A stretch of DNA of 248,000 nt from Wallemia ichthyophaga EXF-994. Lineage: Eukaryota > Fungi > Basidiomycota. Position 1 is the first letter of the stretch. Every line of letters starts with the position of its first letter. Positions 14,273 to 29,070 of the stretch are shown here, piece by piece. The stretch is from NCBI RefSeq assembly GCF_000400465.1, contig NW_008806282.1:20001-268000 (forward strand), in the 5' to 3' direction. The position numbers and the translations under genes were made by a program. The notes below the pieces were generated by a model. The model ran no database searches. It was given only the letters and a program-made list of their open reading frames with translations, and was not told the origin of the DNA.

Positions 14273-15464
14273 TTATTCAGCCTTGACTTTAATGGCTGCT
14301 GTTGGAGAGAAGTTGTGTGGGCGAGCAGAGAAACCAATCTCGAGAGAACGGCCACCATAGATGTAACCGTTGAACTTTTCGATTGCCACACTAGCGGCGG
14401 CAGTTGAGTAGAATTCAACGAGACCAACACCACGACTACGTTGAGTGCGAACATCCATCAAGATCTCAGCCGTCTTGACGTCACCAGTAGTTTCAAACAA
14501 GTCGACTAAATCTTCGTTTGTTGTTGAGTATGGCAAGTTTTTGGTAACAATTTGAGGGTTTGGAGCGGCAGCAGCAGGTACAGGACCAGGACCAGCAGGT
14601 GCTCTTCTGGCAGCTTGATATGGAGTTCTTGCTGGTCTTGGTGAGTTTGCAAACTTGTCCTCACGGACTTCTATTGGTCTACCGTAGAATTCGTAGTTGT
14701 GGTACAACTCGATTGCGTTTTGTGCGTCTTCTCTTGAAGAGAAAGAAACGATACCGTTACCCTTTGACTTTCCATCAGGGAAGAATTGAACATCGGCTCT
14801 AACTACGTGACCAGCTTGTCTGAAGAGGTCTTTGAGGTCTTGCCAGCCAACTTGGAAAGGCAACTGGAAAGGTGTGAGGGGAGATTCAGGGGAGGAAAAG
14901 CCGGAGCTAAAGCCATAAGACTCACGTTACCGATGAACAATTGAGTACCTGGAGCTGCAACTTGGGCAGGACCAGCACCATAAGCACCACGGGTGAATTG
15001 CTGGGTACGTGAAGGGGTTGGGTTAGCACCGAATCTAGCCTCTTGTTCTCTGTCCTATAAGGTGTGAGGCTAACTGAGGTATATTCACGTGTGGCTTACC
15101 TCTCTAACGAAGACTGGTCTACCAAGAAGATCTCTGTCTGAGTAAGACTCGATTGCGATTTGAGCTGATTCTGGGGAAGTGAATTCAACGATACTGAGAA
15201 TTGTGAGCGAGGGTGAGAGCGGATAAAGACTCAAAACTCACCCGCAACCCTTTGAAAGACCATTTGGAGTGATCAGTACCTCAGCGTATGCTACTTCAAG
15301 GGATTCTATGGGGTTTGTGAGCACGCAGTCCATCCAACAGCCAGCACCAACGACTCACGTCCCTCTGCGTTGTCTTCAAAGAACGCCTTCAAGTCCTCGT
15401 CCTTGACATCGTAGCTGAGATTTCCAACGTAGACTCTGTTCTCCCTCTTTGAGAATTCTGCCAT
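14273..15464 (-). CDS. GBP2: Three-RRM SR-like protein Gbp2/Hrb1
   Basis: RVYVGNLSY, GWQDLKDLFRQAG, SKGNGIV, third RRM with RGVGLVEF. Confidence 0.8.
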
Positions 15465-15646
15465 CACACCTAAAATTTCGAAGTTGTGGTCAGAGAGGAT
15501 AGCAGCGCGAATTATGATTTATAAAAAAATAAGTTTAGAAGGGATGTTTTAGTGGCGTGATTAGATGCTCTAGCGGGGCTGTAGATTCATATTCCATTTG
15601 GACCTGTTCCCCAGGCTTAACTCATCTCCCCAACCACCAACAACAA

Positions 15647-16821
15647 ATGTTGTACGCTGAGCGAGATGACTTTAAAGATTTAATTCCAATTCCCCAAGAT
15701 GAAGGCCCTTCTCCATTGGCTCCGATTAACTATTCCCAGAAGTGTAACCCTCGTGCGTTCCGTCGTTGTCATACCGCTCACGATTTCTTCAGATAGAGAT
15801 GCGATGGATATGTTTCGAGCGGTTGTCGACATCAACGAGAAGTCTGAGAGAGCCCTCGGCCTGACGGAAGATATCATTCGCATGAACGCTGGCCACTACA
15901 CAGTCTGGTCGGTACTCTTCTTTGTTATCTGTGCGAGACTGAACAACGTTTCATAGGCATTACAGGACAACTATCTTAGTAGAATTAGGCTTGGATCTTC
16001 AATCTGAGCTCAAGTTGATGGACGAGCTGTCTACAGAGTTCCTCAAATCATACCAAGTCTGGCACCACAGGAGGCTCTGTGTTGGTTTGCTCGCAACTAC
16101 CACCTCCCCATTCGCCGACAAAAACTGTCCAGCTGCAGTTACAATCTCATCCACCCCACAAACCTCCTCACCACCCCCACCCTTACCGTCTTCTATCGAT
16201 CTGGCTAGATATGAGCTACAATTTATTGCTAACCTATTTCACGCTACCGAAGATCCCAAAAATTATCATACATGGGTTTACAGGCAGTGGATATTGACGT
16301 ACTTTGATAAGCTATTTCAAGACCAAGATCGTCATCATGAATTGGAATTCATTGAGTCACTCATAAACGACGACATCTACAACAACTCAGTCTGGTCGCA
16401 TCGTTTCTTCTGTCTCTTCAAGCTGGGTTGGTTGCACACCTCACTAGAAGCTGAAATCGAGTGAGCAGACAGACATCAAAGCTTTTTTAATTACTCACCA
16501 AACAACTCCAGGTATGTTTTGATCAAGATCGGTATAGCGCCAAGCAACATGTCGAGCTGGAATTATCTCCGCGGCATTCTCAAGGTGAACAGAAAAGGGT
16601 TGAACCAACAACGTGTATTGCAATTCTCGGAAACGCTCGTCAAAGCGAAAAGCGCGTCGGACGACATGAATCCTCCATTACCTGCTTTAGAGTGGCTGGC
16701 AGATGCTGCACTGGAAGACAAAAACCCTATTGCCACAAAACACTACCTAACCTTGAAAGATTTGGACCCCATTCGCAGACACTACTGGACTTGGAAATCC
16801 CATCTAGCTTTGTCTGCCTAG
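15647..16821 (+). CDS. RAM2: Protein farnesyl/geranylgeranyltransferase alpha subunit
   Basis: IPQDEGPSPLAPINY, PPTA repeats (KSYQVWHHR, KNYHTWVYRQW, NNSVWSHR). Confidence 0.9.
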
Positions 16822-17009
16822 ACTGACACATACCCTTTAAATGTATATTCATCTGTATATTCTTTAAATGGAGCTTGCGCATCATCCTAAAACGACAAAT
16901 TATCGAGACACAAACTTCAGACATACTATTACTGAAAACAATTCAAATTACATAGGATTTTAAAAAACCTAAAGAATAACGAAATATCTAATGATAAAAG
17001 CAAAGACAC

Positions 17010-19272
17010 CTATTTATTTTGACGACAATTTCCCAAAGTAAAGACATCTAACGTTATCCCTCGGGTCATCCTCTTCAAACTCGTCAATGATTCCAAGATT
17101 GGCGTGAAGATAATGTATATTGCCCCAACCATCAACCATGCTAGGCCGATACTTACCCAAGCCTTAAATCCCGCTCTTGGCAAGATGTAGCCTGTGCCAT
17201 AGAGTGCGAAAGTTACTGTGAATATCATAACTGTAACCCAGAGAAGCGAAGAAAACGCAGCCAGCTTTATCGATCGTGTCAAATATTCAATGTCAGCTGA
17301 ACTGAGATTCCCTTGACTAGTATTGTGTGAGTCTAGATCGCTAAGCTCAGGTGTGGCTTCCTCTACATCCTTGAAGGATTTCTCATCTGCTTGAAGAGTT
17401 TCGACGACAACTTCTTGTTCTGGGGGTGCAACATGTGCTTCTGACTCTTTCACTGCCTTCCTGCCAGTGTCTTTAGTCTTTTCAAAGTCATGATTATCAG
17501 GGGAAATCAGGGATCCAACGACTGAAATAATTATAGAAAGCCCGAATGATACTGTGTTCCCTGCAAGCATCGGGAAGTCCTCTATCGATAATTTTGTTAG
17601 CCGTCTTTAATCAAATTACGCAGCGACGTACGTCCGGTTGTTGTCTTATCGACAACGCCATTATTTAGCTTATATGCCGTGACTATCCATGCAATAATAC
17701 CGAGAGGAAGTGAGATGAGAGTTGCACCTATGCAAGCAACTTTATTGGCTTTACTCCACATAATGCAGCAAATCAAAGGAGCAACGGCAGGACATAGAAT
17801 AATGCCCATCAGCTCATACAGCCACCCCATTCCGATACCGATATAGTAAAATATAATTCCAAGCACGGCCTGGCAGATACCAAAACCAGCAACGCTAGCG
17901 TGTGAGACGAATAATGTCTGCTTATCAGTTGCGTTCGGCTTTACTCTATTGAAGACATCGTAAGTTACAAGTGTCGAGACTGCGACTAGCTCAGCGGAGG
18001 CTGCGGCAAAGAAGGTGAGATGAAGGCAGCTTTGTGAATATTTTCACTCACATGCCGCTGTGGATGCAAGGAAGAGCATGATTAATACTGCATTCGCACC
18101 CGAATTTCCCATCAATGCTGATGCAGCTGCTGATGCAGGTAGGCCAGCAGTCACTTCTGCCGATGACAAAGAAGAAATCGCATCCGAGTTCTTGAGTGCC
18201 GCGCCAGCTAAACCGAGACATGTTGCCAAAGCAAATGGAATGGGATACCAACACATACTGCCTATAACAAATGATTTCGTGATTGAACGCGGTTGTGATG
18301 CCACTGCTCTGTTGACATATGCTTGATCTAAGTACACTGTGCCGAAGTTACCGCATAGGTTGATGAAAAAAAACGTGATGCCTCCTAATGAGCGAAACGT
18401 CAGGTACGAACCATCCGCATTACCTTCGACAGGATGACGTGAAGCCTGATCGACCAGCATATCGTAAAGACGATCAAGCGAGCCAACTTCAGGAGCTGAT
18501 GTGTAGGTGTAGAAGCAAAAGCCTATAATGACGCCGTAGAGGACGATGGTGTGTAGGTAATCTGCAATAAGTGATGCCTTTAGACCCCCAATCATGATGT
18601 AGATAGAAACACTCAGTGGTGTAAGCCATACTGCCGCCATGACAGGAACATTTGTGAGACTATGGAGAGTATCGGAAATACCGACAATAAGCATCGCACT
18701 GACTATCAAATTGCAGGAAAGCGCGAAGCTGAGAAACACATAGTGGCCTATCTTGCCCCATCGTGCACCTGCTATTTCGACGAAACTATGCGCGTAAGGC
18801 CATCGTATTCTCATACTACTTGCCAAGACTGAGAAGACTAAAATTTGCAAGCAGGCACCTAAGCAAACTGTTTAAGTGGGTTCTTGCGTATATGCCAGCA
18901 TTTCTCACCAGTTGCGTAGCTGTAAGAGCCTAGCAATCCGTAGGAGTAAGTTTTAGAAGTTGACGTACTATGCTTTGTTTAATGACTGAGGACACTATTC
19001 GAATGGAAACTCACAGCAAAGTAGCACTCCAGCACCATGCAGAGACAACTCCGCTTGAGATTAAACCGGTAGGCACAGATCTACTGGCAGAGTTGAACTC
19101 TTCAGCCGTTTGGACCTTGTTCCCATAGCGCCTCTGTAATGCGTTTATAATAAGCATCAACGCACTAAATCCTGCAAGGCGTCAGGATAAGACGTAGATA
19201 TAAGTCATACTTACCAAAGCCTAGAATTAGCAAGACACAATAGCCATTGAGTTGTGGTAATGGCGGCTCCAT
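17010..19272 (-). CDS. DUR3: Urea/polyamine active transporter (sodium:solute symporter family)
   Basis: EEFNSASRSVPTG, GGLKASLIADYLHT, NFGTVYLDQAY; many TM helices. Confidence 0.85.
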
Positions 19273-19337
19273 GTTTGATCAGTTGGGAGTATATTCGCAA
19301 CAGTGTAAGATTGCACTAGCATTCTCGTCCCAAATCT

Positions 19338-19406
19338 TTATCGACATTATCGTATTATCTTATCACCATGAAGCCTTATCTCGGAAGGTGCGTAGCCGAA
19401 GATAAG
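19338..19406. promoter_or_regulatory. Cluster of six GATAA/TTATC sites upstream of DUR3 (probable AreA/Gat1-type nitrogen regulation)
   Basis: TTATC at 19338, 19347, 19355, 19360, 19376 and GATAAG at 19401, within 135 bp of the DUR3 ATG. Confidence 0.6.
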
Positions 19407-19899
19407 TGTATAATTTCAGATTGGCTTTTGATTTAGATATGGATATTGCGTTTGAGACTTAATTTATTTTGCATATCTAATCTAATGTTTCAAACGAAAT
19501 TAAGCTGTGATTTAGAATGAGAAGGAATAGTGAGTAGTTTAGTGTCGAAATTGTAAAGAGAATAGGAAATAATGAAATACAGACGCTCAAATGTACCCAC
19601 ACATCTCGCATGTCTAACCTTTCAATTCGATAAGAAAGCGATATATGAAATATAAAACGCAGACAAGTGATTTATGTTGATGTTAACACCCTGCTAGCAC
19701 CTGATTTTGTATTTCACCGGGAACGACAATAGCGTCGATGCATGCTTGTATTCTAGCATTCGGCTAGCATTCGGCCGTAATTAACGTCTACTGCTTGCTT
19801 AGTTCCTTATTCTCAGCTGCATAGACAGACTTCATTAAAATTTGGACACCTTCCTCCATCCAAGTATCTGGTTCTCGTTAACTTCGAGGTTTATTTAAG

Positions 19900-21405
19900 A
19901 TGAGTAGCCATAAGGAGAAGGGCAATCAGTTATTTAAAGGTAAGCTTTCTTAATTCCCAAAATATCGCTCACGATTCATAGATAAGGATTTTGTGAAGGC
20001 GATAGAGGAATGGTTGTTGGTAGAACCGCCAACCGAGCAGGTCTACAACAACATCGCTACAGCCAAGTTTAAGCTCGAGGAATTTGGGCTTGCCGAAGAA
20101 TTCAGCACAAAGGCTTTATCGCTCAACAGCAAGTTCGTCAAGGCTCTTTATCGCAGAGCTATGGCACACGTAGCCGTATTACACTTCAAGCCTGCTATTG
20201 CTGATCTCAAGGCTGTAATCGCCATTGAGCCTTCAAACAAGGTCGCCAGCCATCACCTAGCTGAGATTTCCAAGATCCATCGCAAAATACAATTCGAACA
20301 GGCCATCGCTACTGAAGACGAGAAGAAAGCCTCAGATACAATTAGAGAGATGATTGACAACGGCGGCTTGGAGATTCCTTCAGATTACGATGGCCCTACC
20401 CTCGACTCCTCCAATCTCATCGATTCACTCATTGAGCACTTCAAGAGTGGTAAAACGTTGCACAAGCGTGTTCTTTTTGAGTTGGTGCTCAAGACAATGG
20501 ATATATTCAGCCAAGAGGAGTCTCTGGTAGATGTCTCCATCCCAGAAGGCGTCAACATGAACGTTATCGGTGACACACACGGCCAGTTCTTCGATTTGAT
20601 TCATCTCCTCGGATTGACGGGCAAGCCATCTGAAACAAATTACTTGCTTTTCAACGGAGACTTTGTTGACAGGGGCAGCTGGTCTACAGAAGTCATCATT
20701 CTGCTCCTTGCGATGAAATACCTGAATCCAAAGTCCGTTTACTTGAACCGTGGAAACCATGAGACACGTCAAATGACACAGGTGTACGGATTTGAAGGAG
20801 AATGCAAACACAAGTACCCTACTGACCTCACTTACAAATCTTTTGCTCAACTCTTCACATATCTGCCGATTGCCCATCTTATCTCATCAACCAAGAAACC
20901 AGAGACAACGTTAAGTAAATCTGACATACTCACGAAGGATGGTTTCAAGAGATTCTTTGTCGTTCATGGTGGTTTATTTTCCAAGGACGATGTGACGCTT
21001 GAAGATATCCGCAAAATCAAACGCAATAGAGAACCAGGCCAGGAAGGTTTAATGTGCGAAGCGCTGTGGACAGACCCACAAGAGGCCGACGGACGGGGGC
21101 CATCTAAGCGAGGAGTGGGCGTAGGATTTGGTGGTGATGTAACAAAGCGTTGGTGTGAGTTGAACGAGGTTTGTGCTGTCATTCGCTCCCACGAGGTTAG
21201 ACAAGATGGATACTCATGTGAGCATGACGGCAGACTAGCGACAGTGTTCAGTGCACCAAACTACTGCGATACAAGTGGGAACAAGGGAGCGTGGATGAAA
21301 ATCGACGCATCTGGAGATATCAAGACTACACAATTTGCTGCAGTTGAGCATCCACCTATCAAGCCAATGGCTTACTCGAGCGGGATGGCCAGTATGATGG
21401 GATGA
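19900..21405 (+). CDS. PPT1: Ser/Thr protein phosphatase 5 (TPR + PPP domain)
   Basis: TPR helices then GDTHGQ, GDFVDRG, RGNHE, SAPNYC. Confidence 0.92.
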
Positions 21406-21677
21406 AGTTGGAGTAGGACAAAATACATTCTTGAGAAAGCTGCATGTTTAAAAATTAATAATTTGTGATTTATAAAAGATAGATAAAATGCATTTAACCG
21501 TAGCTTTACAGTGGGATTAGCATAACAAGACATCGGAATCAATCTGAAACGATTTGAAACAGTATGTCACTGTGTCACCGCCCTTAACATGAATCTTATG
21601 TACTCGTCTCCTATCATTCCTAAGCGTGCCAGTCTCTGTTCACGAGTAACTATCACTACCAAAACTCAAAGCACGAA

Positions 21678-24600
21678 ATGAGGGCGTACTTGGCGCCAAT
21701 AATATACCTTGCAATTATACCAATAATAAGAGCATTTCCGAAGATAGATTATGACTCCCTGGGAACTGCATCGATTTTTGGCTCATTTGCTGCAATCGAC
21801 GACATTTCAAACTCTTTCAAATCTGCACAAAGCTATGATAATAACTCTTACACCCTTTTGTCCCGGCCCAGCAATGCTTCCGAGTGGTCTTCTCTCGGCT
21901 CTACCAACGAGTACGCGCATATCAACTCAGCGTGTACGATCAATGACTTGACATTCGTCGGTGGTGATTTTGATTCAATAAATGGTCAGCAGTTCACAAA
22001 ATTCGCGGTTTACTCACCTCATAATGGCTGGAAACCTTTGGGTAGCGTGCAGGGCGTGATCAATGCACTTTACTGCGATGCTTCAAATTCACAAGTTTGG
22101 GTTGGTGGTGCATTCGACGCAGTGGATGATAATATGGGGGCGAATATAGTCGTTTGGAATGTACGCGAAGAGCATTGGCAACCCTCTGCTGTGTATGGTT
22201 TGAATGGCGCCGTGAATGCCTTTTCGGTCTCGGATGATCAACTGTTTATCACGGGTAATTTCACATCCACATTCAATCAACCAGATGTCAAGCAATATCC
22301 AGAAGCATTGGATAGAATAGTTAATGCACTCCAACCAGTACCTTTCGATGACGCTGACGTTACTGGTTCAAAGGGTTCAGATAACCCAGCATACGCCGAT
22401 ATCAAGAATCTCGCGTGTGTTGGCGGTAATTCTTTTGACACCCCTGATGGAACGAGTGGTGTCATGTACATAGAGTGGTTCGATTCACACAATGTGGCCG
22501 GATTCCGTATCGCGAATACAGTTGACGAGGGTCATGCATTGACTGGCTTTGTGTGAGTTATGCTGCATCTATAATTACCAATTCCTGACGAGAAATAAAG
22601 CATAACCACCATACCAGAAAAGCAAGTCATTCCATTAACTTACAATCCTGTTCACGCACCTGGAACGAACATGACTTGCGAAAATGAATGCCCGATAGCT
22701 CTCTCAGATGAGAGAGAATTCAACGACTATATCATACCTGGTGGCTCGCGCAGACTTGGCGGGTTCGCTATCAACATGATAGACTGGACCGGTGCTGGTC
22801 CAGGCTTGCGCTCGGTTGAAGTACTTGGGGCTGGCAGCGATGCCTACGCCATTAGTGAATTCAATGAGTTGCAAGAGGGCTGCTACTCTAATGGAAATTC
22901 CTCCAACGTTACAACTGTCGGTAATTGGAATTCTGTCAATCCATCTTCAGAATCGTCAAACAAGGTTCTTTCAGCGTCGATTCAAGACGTCGATCAAATT
23001 CCTTCTCTTACATTCAGACCGTACGTCGGCGAGCGTGGTCTCTACGAAATATACATATCAATTCCAGGTTGCGCTGGTCTCGATGATTGTGAAAGTAGAA
23101 GCGCCGTTGATGTCGGAATGCAGTTGACTGAAAGAGGTCATTATATCAATGACACAATCACTGAGATCGATAACAGTGACTTTTCCTGGCCGATCTTCAG
23201 GGGAATGGTCGACGGTTCATCAAACACCTTCGCGCCCAACATTACCATTAAACCAATAATGGCCGAAGAGGGCAAGACTATTGCTGTGCAGAAGGTATCA
23301 TTGCATCTGCTCGAGATCCTTCCAAATGAGATGGCGATCGGAGGTCTGGCGTACAACTTAACCTCAGGGAACACTTTGGATGCTAGTGCTGATCGCGAAA
23401 TTTCAGATCAGAACTATCTAGATAGAGCTCTGGTTTCTTTGTCAGACGCTATCGGTATTCAATTCAAAGAGGGTGAACAAGATCTTAACTATATCAAGGC
23501 AATCGCTAGCACAGATTCGAATATATTCATTGGAGGTAATTTCGTCGGTTTTAATGATACAATGAACAACATTACAAACATTGCCCATTTCAACGACAGG
23601 TTGCACTCTCTCCCGGGCGGCGGAGTCAACGGCAATGTCAACAAGTTAACCGTCGTAGATGATCAAGTGTATATTGCAGGTAACTTTACGCAAGCTGGCT
23701 CAACTCAATGTCAAAACATTGTTATGTACGACCATCGCCATAAGAGATTTGAGAAACTTGGTCAGGGTGTCGATGGTGAGGTTTATGATATGACCTACTC
23801 CCCAGACTCAAACAGGCTGTACCTAGCTGGCAATTTCACGAACGCTCTCATAGACGAGAGTGCCAGTGTAACAGTAGGAGGGCTAGTTTCATGGGATCTG
23901 AAAGACAAGTCATGGAGAAATGACAACGGCGTTGTGTTTTCAGAGCTGGTTAAAGGAGTTGCAGTTCATGACAAAGATTTACTGGTGTATGGTACAGTGG
24001 ACAGAGTAGCGAAATTTTCTGCCAATGGTGCAGCTAAAATATCCTCGAATGGGTTGAGTAGTGTAAGTGCTACCAATTCACTCGGAAGCACAAAAACATC
24101 GTCGAGCAAGTCGTCAAGAAAGCGAGCAGCTCCTCATTTGCCTTCAGCCTCATCTGTTGCGCCCGCAATTAATGCGGGTAGCTACTACGAGAATTCTACG
24201 AGTTTATACACAATCTTGGGCGGTAATTTCACTTTCAATGATGGTCATTCGGGTGCGGTTGCTTTAATTGACCAAGACAGCAATATGCATGCATTAGGTG
24301 ATGGTGGTGTTTCTGGTGATGTTCGTGCTATGATGGTTGTTGGTAATAAGTTATTCCTAGGTGGGCAGCTCAGAGCTGGCAACTCTACCGACGTGGCCAT
24401 ATATGACCTGAAGAAAGGTGCCTTCGTCGACGTTGGAAATGGCTTGGAAGGTACAACATCTAGTTTCGCTTACAATCAAATCTATAATAGTGCCATTGTT
24501 TCAGGTGACTTCAATGCTGTGTCTGGAAATCAAGACTGCTCGAATATCTGTCAATGGGATATAGGTGATGGTCATTGGAACAGCCTTGGAAAAGGCGTGA

Positions 24601-25836
24601 GAGGGTTTATTTCTGACGTAGACGTTGCTGGTGTGAGTGTTAAGTGTCGTGCATTGTAATTACGACTAACACAACTCCTAGGATGACGACCAATACGCCG
24701 TCGCAGTTGGCGAGTTTGCAATTGACAAGGAAGGCGACCTTATCTACATTGCAACATACGACTACGAGGACAAAAACTGGTCGAGATTGGGCGATGGTAA
24801 TTTACCTGGCATACCCACAACAGTCAAAACCGATGACAGGAATATTGACAACGTCTTTATTGCTGGCAGGCGCACAGACAGCAATCAGACGTACATCTAC
24901 AACTACGACGGTGATACTTTTAGTGATATCTCTAATGATATGTTTCAAGGGACTGGCAGAATACATGGGTTGGAATTCCTCCCAGTGCAGGAGGTGGATG
25001 AACAGGAGCAGAAGGAGCGTGAAGAAACGATAATGGAGAATGACAGAATATTATATGTGACTGGTGACATTGACTTGCGCGGCGTTGGTCGTGTGTCATC
25101 AGTGATGTATGATGGATTGAATTGGCATCCTCATCTCCAAACATTCGGCTCAGATGGTAGTGCAGGATCTCTAGCATCTATTATGTCCTCCTCTGACTTT
25201 TCATTTTCTTCAAGAGGTGAGTAGACAAGAGGTTAATTGGACTACTTACCTAACTAGAATACAGACTTGCTGGCACTCGGTATAATTATCCTCATTTCTA
25301 TTGCGTTGGGATTGGGTGTTGTCTTATTGATAGCACTGATTGCGATACTGATATCTTTGTGGGAACGTCGTGGAGAATCACGTCCAATTCTGTTGGAGAA
25401 TGACGAGAAAGATGAGCAGGTACGGCCATCGTCGTTGCTGGCGAATATAAACCAAGCTACTACCAACATAGCTCGAGGCTCGACGACGAACGCACAAACA
25501 CTTGCACCAACGCCAATTATTAAGCTCAACGATCAAGACACAGGGAAAGGAAAGACAGAAGAGGTGGGTGAGATGGATGACAGTTTCAATAGGTCATATT
25601 CCACGGGTGCATCGACGTCAGATAATCCGCCTCAAATATCTCCAGCCGATCTCAATAATGGTGTAGGGTATAGGTGTTATTCGAGGTATGACTTTGCTGG
25701 TGATCGCCAGGGTGAAATACCTTTGATTGTCGGTCAGCAAGTGCAGGTTCTCAATGATAGCGATCAGGACTGGTTCTTTGTTCGCGACCCTGCATCTACT
25801 CATGAAGGTGTCGTGCCCTCTTCGTATCTTTTCTAG
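21678..25836 (+). CDS. RAX2: Rax2-like polarity marker (signal peptide, beta-propeller repeats, TM, SH3)
   Basis: Signal peptide, GGXF propeller repeats, TM helix, C-terminal SH3 (YDFAG..WFFV..GVVPSSY). Confidence 0.75.
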
Positions 25837-25918
25837 TTATGGTAGTTATTAGCAGTTGAATTATTTATTATTCCTTATTGTACATAGCAATTTAATTAAT
25901 CTCGAATATCTGTTGGTG

Positions 25919-28325
25919 TTATATTAAAGGGTGTATGAGAGAAGCAAATGAATGACTCACGTTATCCGAGTCAGACCATGTGTCTTGGTTTTCGGACACC
26001 TTGACTCGCTTCTCAAAATAAATGGGCTCTCCGGTAGTCTCACTCGTGATTGGAATCCAGTCATCACCAATGTTCTTAAACCACTTGACTCTGGAATGAG
26101 CGTAAGATTTGTCACGACTGCGACGATCTCTTTGTGCTTGCTCGAGGTAATTCTTATACTCTTCAGCTATATCAGCATTGCCTTGCTCCAAAGCTCGCTG
26201 ATCAGGTCTGCGTCGAGAATCTGTAGGCGGGAGAATATTCTCGTTTACCATTTCATTCAATCCAACAGCATATCTGGAGAAACCGTAGTAATCTTGACAG
26301 TCGGGAGGGAATTGGTTGATAGATTCCCACAGCTGCTGGAATCTGTCCGTTGAGTGTCCGTGGTCGTCGACTAGCTGACGAACAAAATTTTGCGACCATC
26401 TGCCATTCAGTCTGCACAGACGGGTGTGACTGCTATCTTCTATGGAACCCTCCACATAGCCTCGTGACGATTCACCGCCAAAGAAACTACCCTCTTTGAA
26501 CGCAATGGTGGATGATTCGCCCGTGGTCTCGTTCTTTATATCTAAATCACCCGTGTGTTCGAGATATGGGGAGGACATGACTAGGTTGCGAATAAATGAG
26601 CTGGGCTTGCGCCTGGAGGAGGAGTGTGTGTTAGTGTGTGTTGGTGGAGTAATAAAAGCGCCACCCACCATGTGTAAATATCGCCGGTAGATTTGATGGT
26701 CAATTTGGCATTACCAATGGGGATAATTTCCATACTCTTGCCCCAGAACCTGAAATGTGTTAACTTAATCACACTGTTACAACGAAATAAACTCACTTCT
26801 GTTTGACACCCGACGTTGCCACGTACGTCCAATCTTCACCCTGTGCATAAGCAGCCACTAAAGGCGGATGATGGGTAACCTTCTCACTGAAGAAAGCAAA
26901 TTGGGGGGTGATGAGCTCGTATGTCTCACCAAGGAGAGGATTGAAAGGTTTCCTAGTCGATCTGTATTGCGTGCACGAGTAGCTCGAGACGCAGAAAGCG
27001 GCAATACAGGCCATACGCTCGACACTACTCTTGGCTTTGATGGCCTTGTCGATGAGTTCTACGTACTCAAAATCCTCAGCTACCTTCTGCAGTAGGGAGA
27101 GGGGCTCGTTAAAGCTCACTGGGAAGGAGATGGTGGTGAGGTCTTTGCCAACGTTTTTCTTCAAGACACCAAGCAGACCAATTTCCTGTGATTATCGTGC
27201 GATTGTGAGTTGGTGTCATGTCTTCAAATTTAAGACAACTCACATCACCAGAGATCGGAGCAGGTAGTTGCTGCCGCCGTGAGAGCTGCATGGGGCCATA
27301 TTTGGAGGTGACTTCACCCGACACTTCTTCTTTATGGTACGTGCCCTCTTTATCCACCTCATCGTCGTCATCTTGAACATCAACGTTGTCATTATCGTTG
27401 TCATTATCGTTGTCATTATCGTTGTCATTATCATTGCCGTCATCATCGTCATCGCCGTCGTCGCACTCGTATGCCTCACCAAAGGTGTCGTGGGCGTCAT
27501 AGAACTCAAAGTCATTGATAGAGGAAGTGCGTGAAGGGGCGTAGCGCGAGGGTGCGGGAGGGTTGTTGGAAGACTTTCGATTGTTACTGTCGTAATGCAT
27601 CGAATATATCTCCTGCTGTAGTCTTCTTAATTCGGCAGTAGAATCGAGCATCCGTTCAAAGAAAGCATCGTAAGCTCTGGGGCTGTATGGGGAGTGTGTA
27701 GAGTCGGAAAAATCTTCATTTGATGAATTGAGCTTAGGTGATTTGTGGAATATGTTTAGTAGACCACCTTGAGTGTGTGTGTGTGTGGTTTCGCGTGAAC
27801 TTGATTGGTTATGACAATTCTTTAAATTCTCTAGGTCAAATTCGAGGAGGTCGATAAGTTTAAGGGATTTGTTCATGTTATCAGTTGGGGTACTAGTATT
27901 CTCAGCCACAGTTTGGAGTGCAGGATTAGTTGTATCGAGGAATAAACCCAATGTCTTCATCCAGGTTAAGTACTCCTCACCTGAATTGAATTTTATATGC
28001 CAAGTCGATGTACCGCCGTCAATGGTCACAGTGCGTCGATTGCTGTGAGATAACCAGACGCTGGAACGGAGGTTAACGTGATCTCTAACTGTGTCTGTAT
28101 TTGTGACTGCGTAGTTGAGAATCCCAGAGGACTACAAAATGATCAACGCGTATCCATTAATACTGTCATTTGGCTTACGTAGAGTCTGAAATAACGCCTA
28201 GCGAATCCCTGCATTTTCTTCTGTTTCTTCTTGAGTAAATATCCCTCGATCATTACTCTACCTGTGTTATTATCGTGTATCGACATCCTCTGATGAGAAG
28301 GACGTGAAGGTCGTGATATTGACAT
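25919..28325 (-). CDS. Oxysterol-binding protein with PH domain (Osh3-like)
   Basis: EGYLLKKKQKKMQGFARRYF PH; NVGKDLTTISFPVSFNEPLS, EKVTHHPP, RRRPDQRALE. Confidence 0.85.
27385..27432. repeat. 12-bp tandem repeat (GTTGTCATTATC) encoding Asp-Asn repeats
   Basis: Directly visible; within the OSBP gene. Confidence 0.85.
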
Positions 28326-28392
28326 TATGGACGTGTCGAATAAAGGAGAAAATCGGTAAAAATAAATTAAATTCTGAAATACAAACTACATT

Positions 28393-28981
28393 CTAAGTCT
28401 CTGAGCTGCATCCACGGCATCCTGTGGTGTTGTTAGCTATAACCATCTCCACGGCTTTTACACACCACAATGCACACACTCAAAAGTCTGTCCATCCTTG
28501 AGGTGAGCCTTTGGTACTCTACAGATACACGTAGATCCTTCATAGTTCATGTCTCTGCTCTGTATACACCGCGTACAGCACAGCTTCTCGTATCCCTGTT
28601 TCTTCCATTTGGCTATCAAATTGGCGTCTGCATAGCCCTGCTTCACCAGCCAATCGTAAAGTTCCTTGGATATTTGCTTACGTTTGTAGTACAAGTCGAA
28701 TATATCTGTGGGATGTTAATTGGTGCCACTCTTACTACTAAATACCCCACATCTTGATCTCGTATGCGATATTCTCATTACAGGCCACAGTGTCTCGTTC
28801 TTACGCTTCCCATCCACTGTTTCTGCCTCCACGTCGCGCATCTTACGAGTATAATCTGGAGTGAGAGGCGCATGAGATGTGTTTATATCGCAAGACACTC
28901 TGCCGCACCCTCTAATATCTGCTCAATAGCTTCAAATCCTTCTGGTGGCTGCTTTGTGCGCTGTGTCCTTATCTTTGGCAT
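28393..28981 (-). CDS. BUD31: Splicing factor Bud31/G10
   Basis: [44 protein letters not shown]. Confidence 0.92.
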
Positions 28982-29070
28982 TGTGGTGGTGAATGTGGGT
29001 GTATAACATGTGATTAATAAAGATATTTACAATATTCGCTGTGTATTCTTAACTCGTTCAATAATACCCT

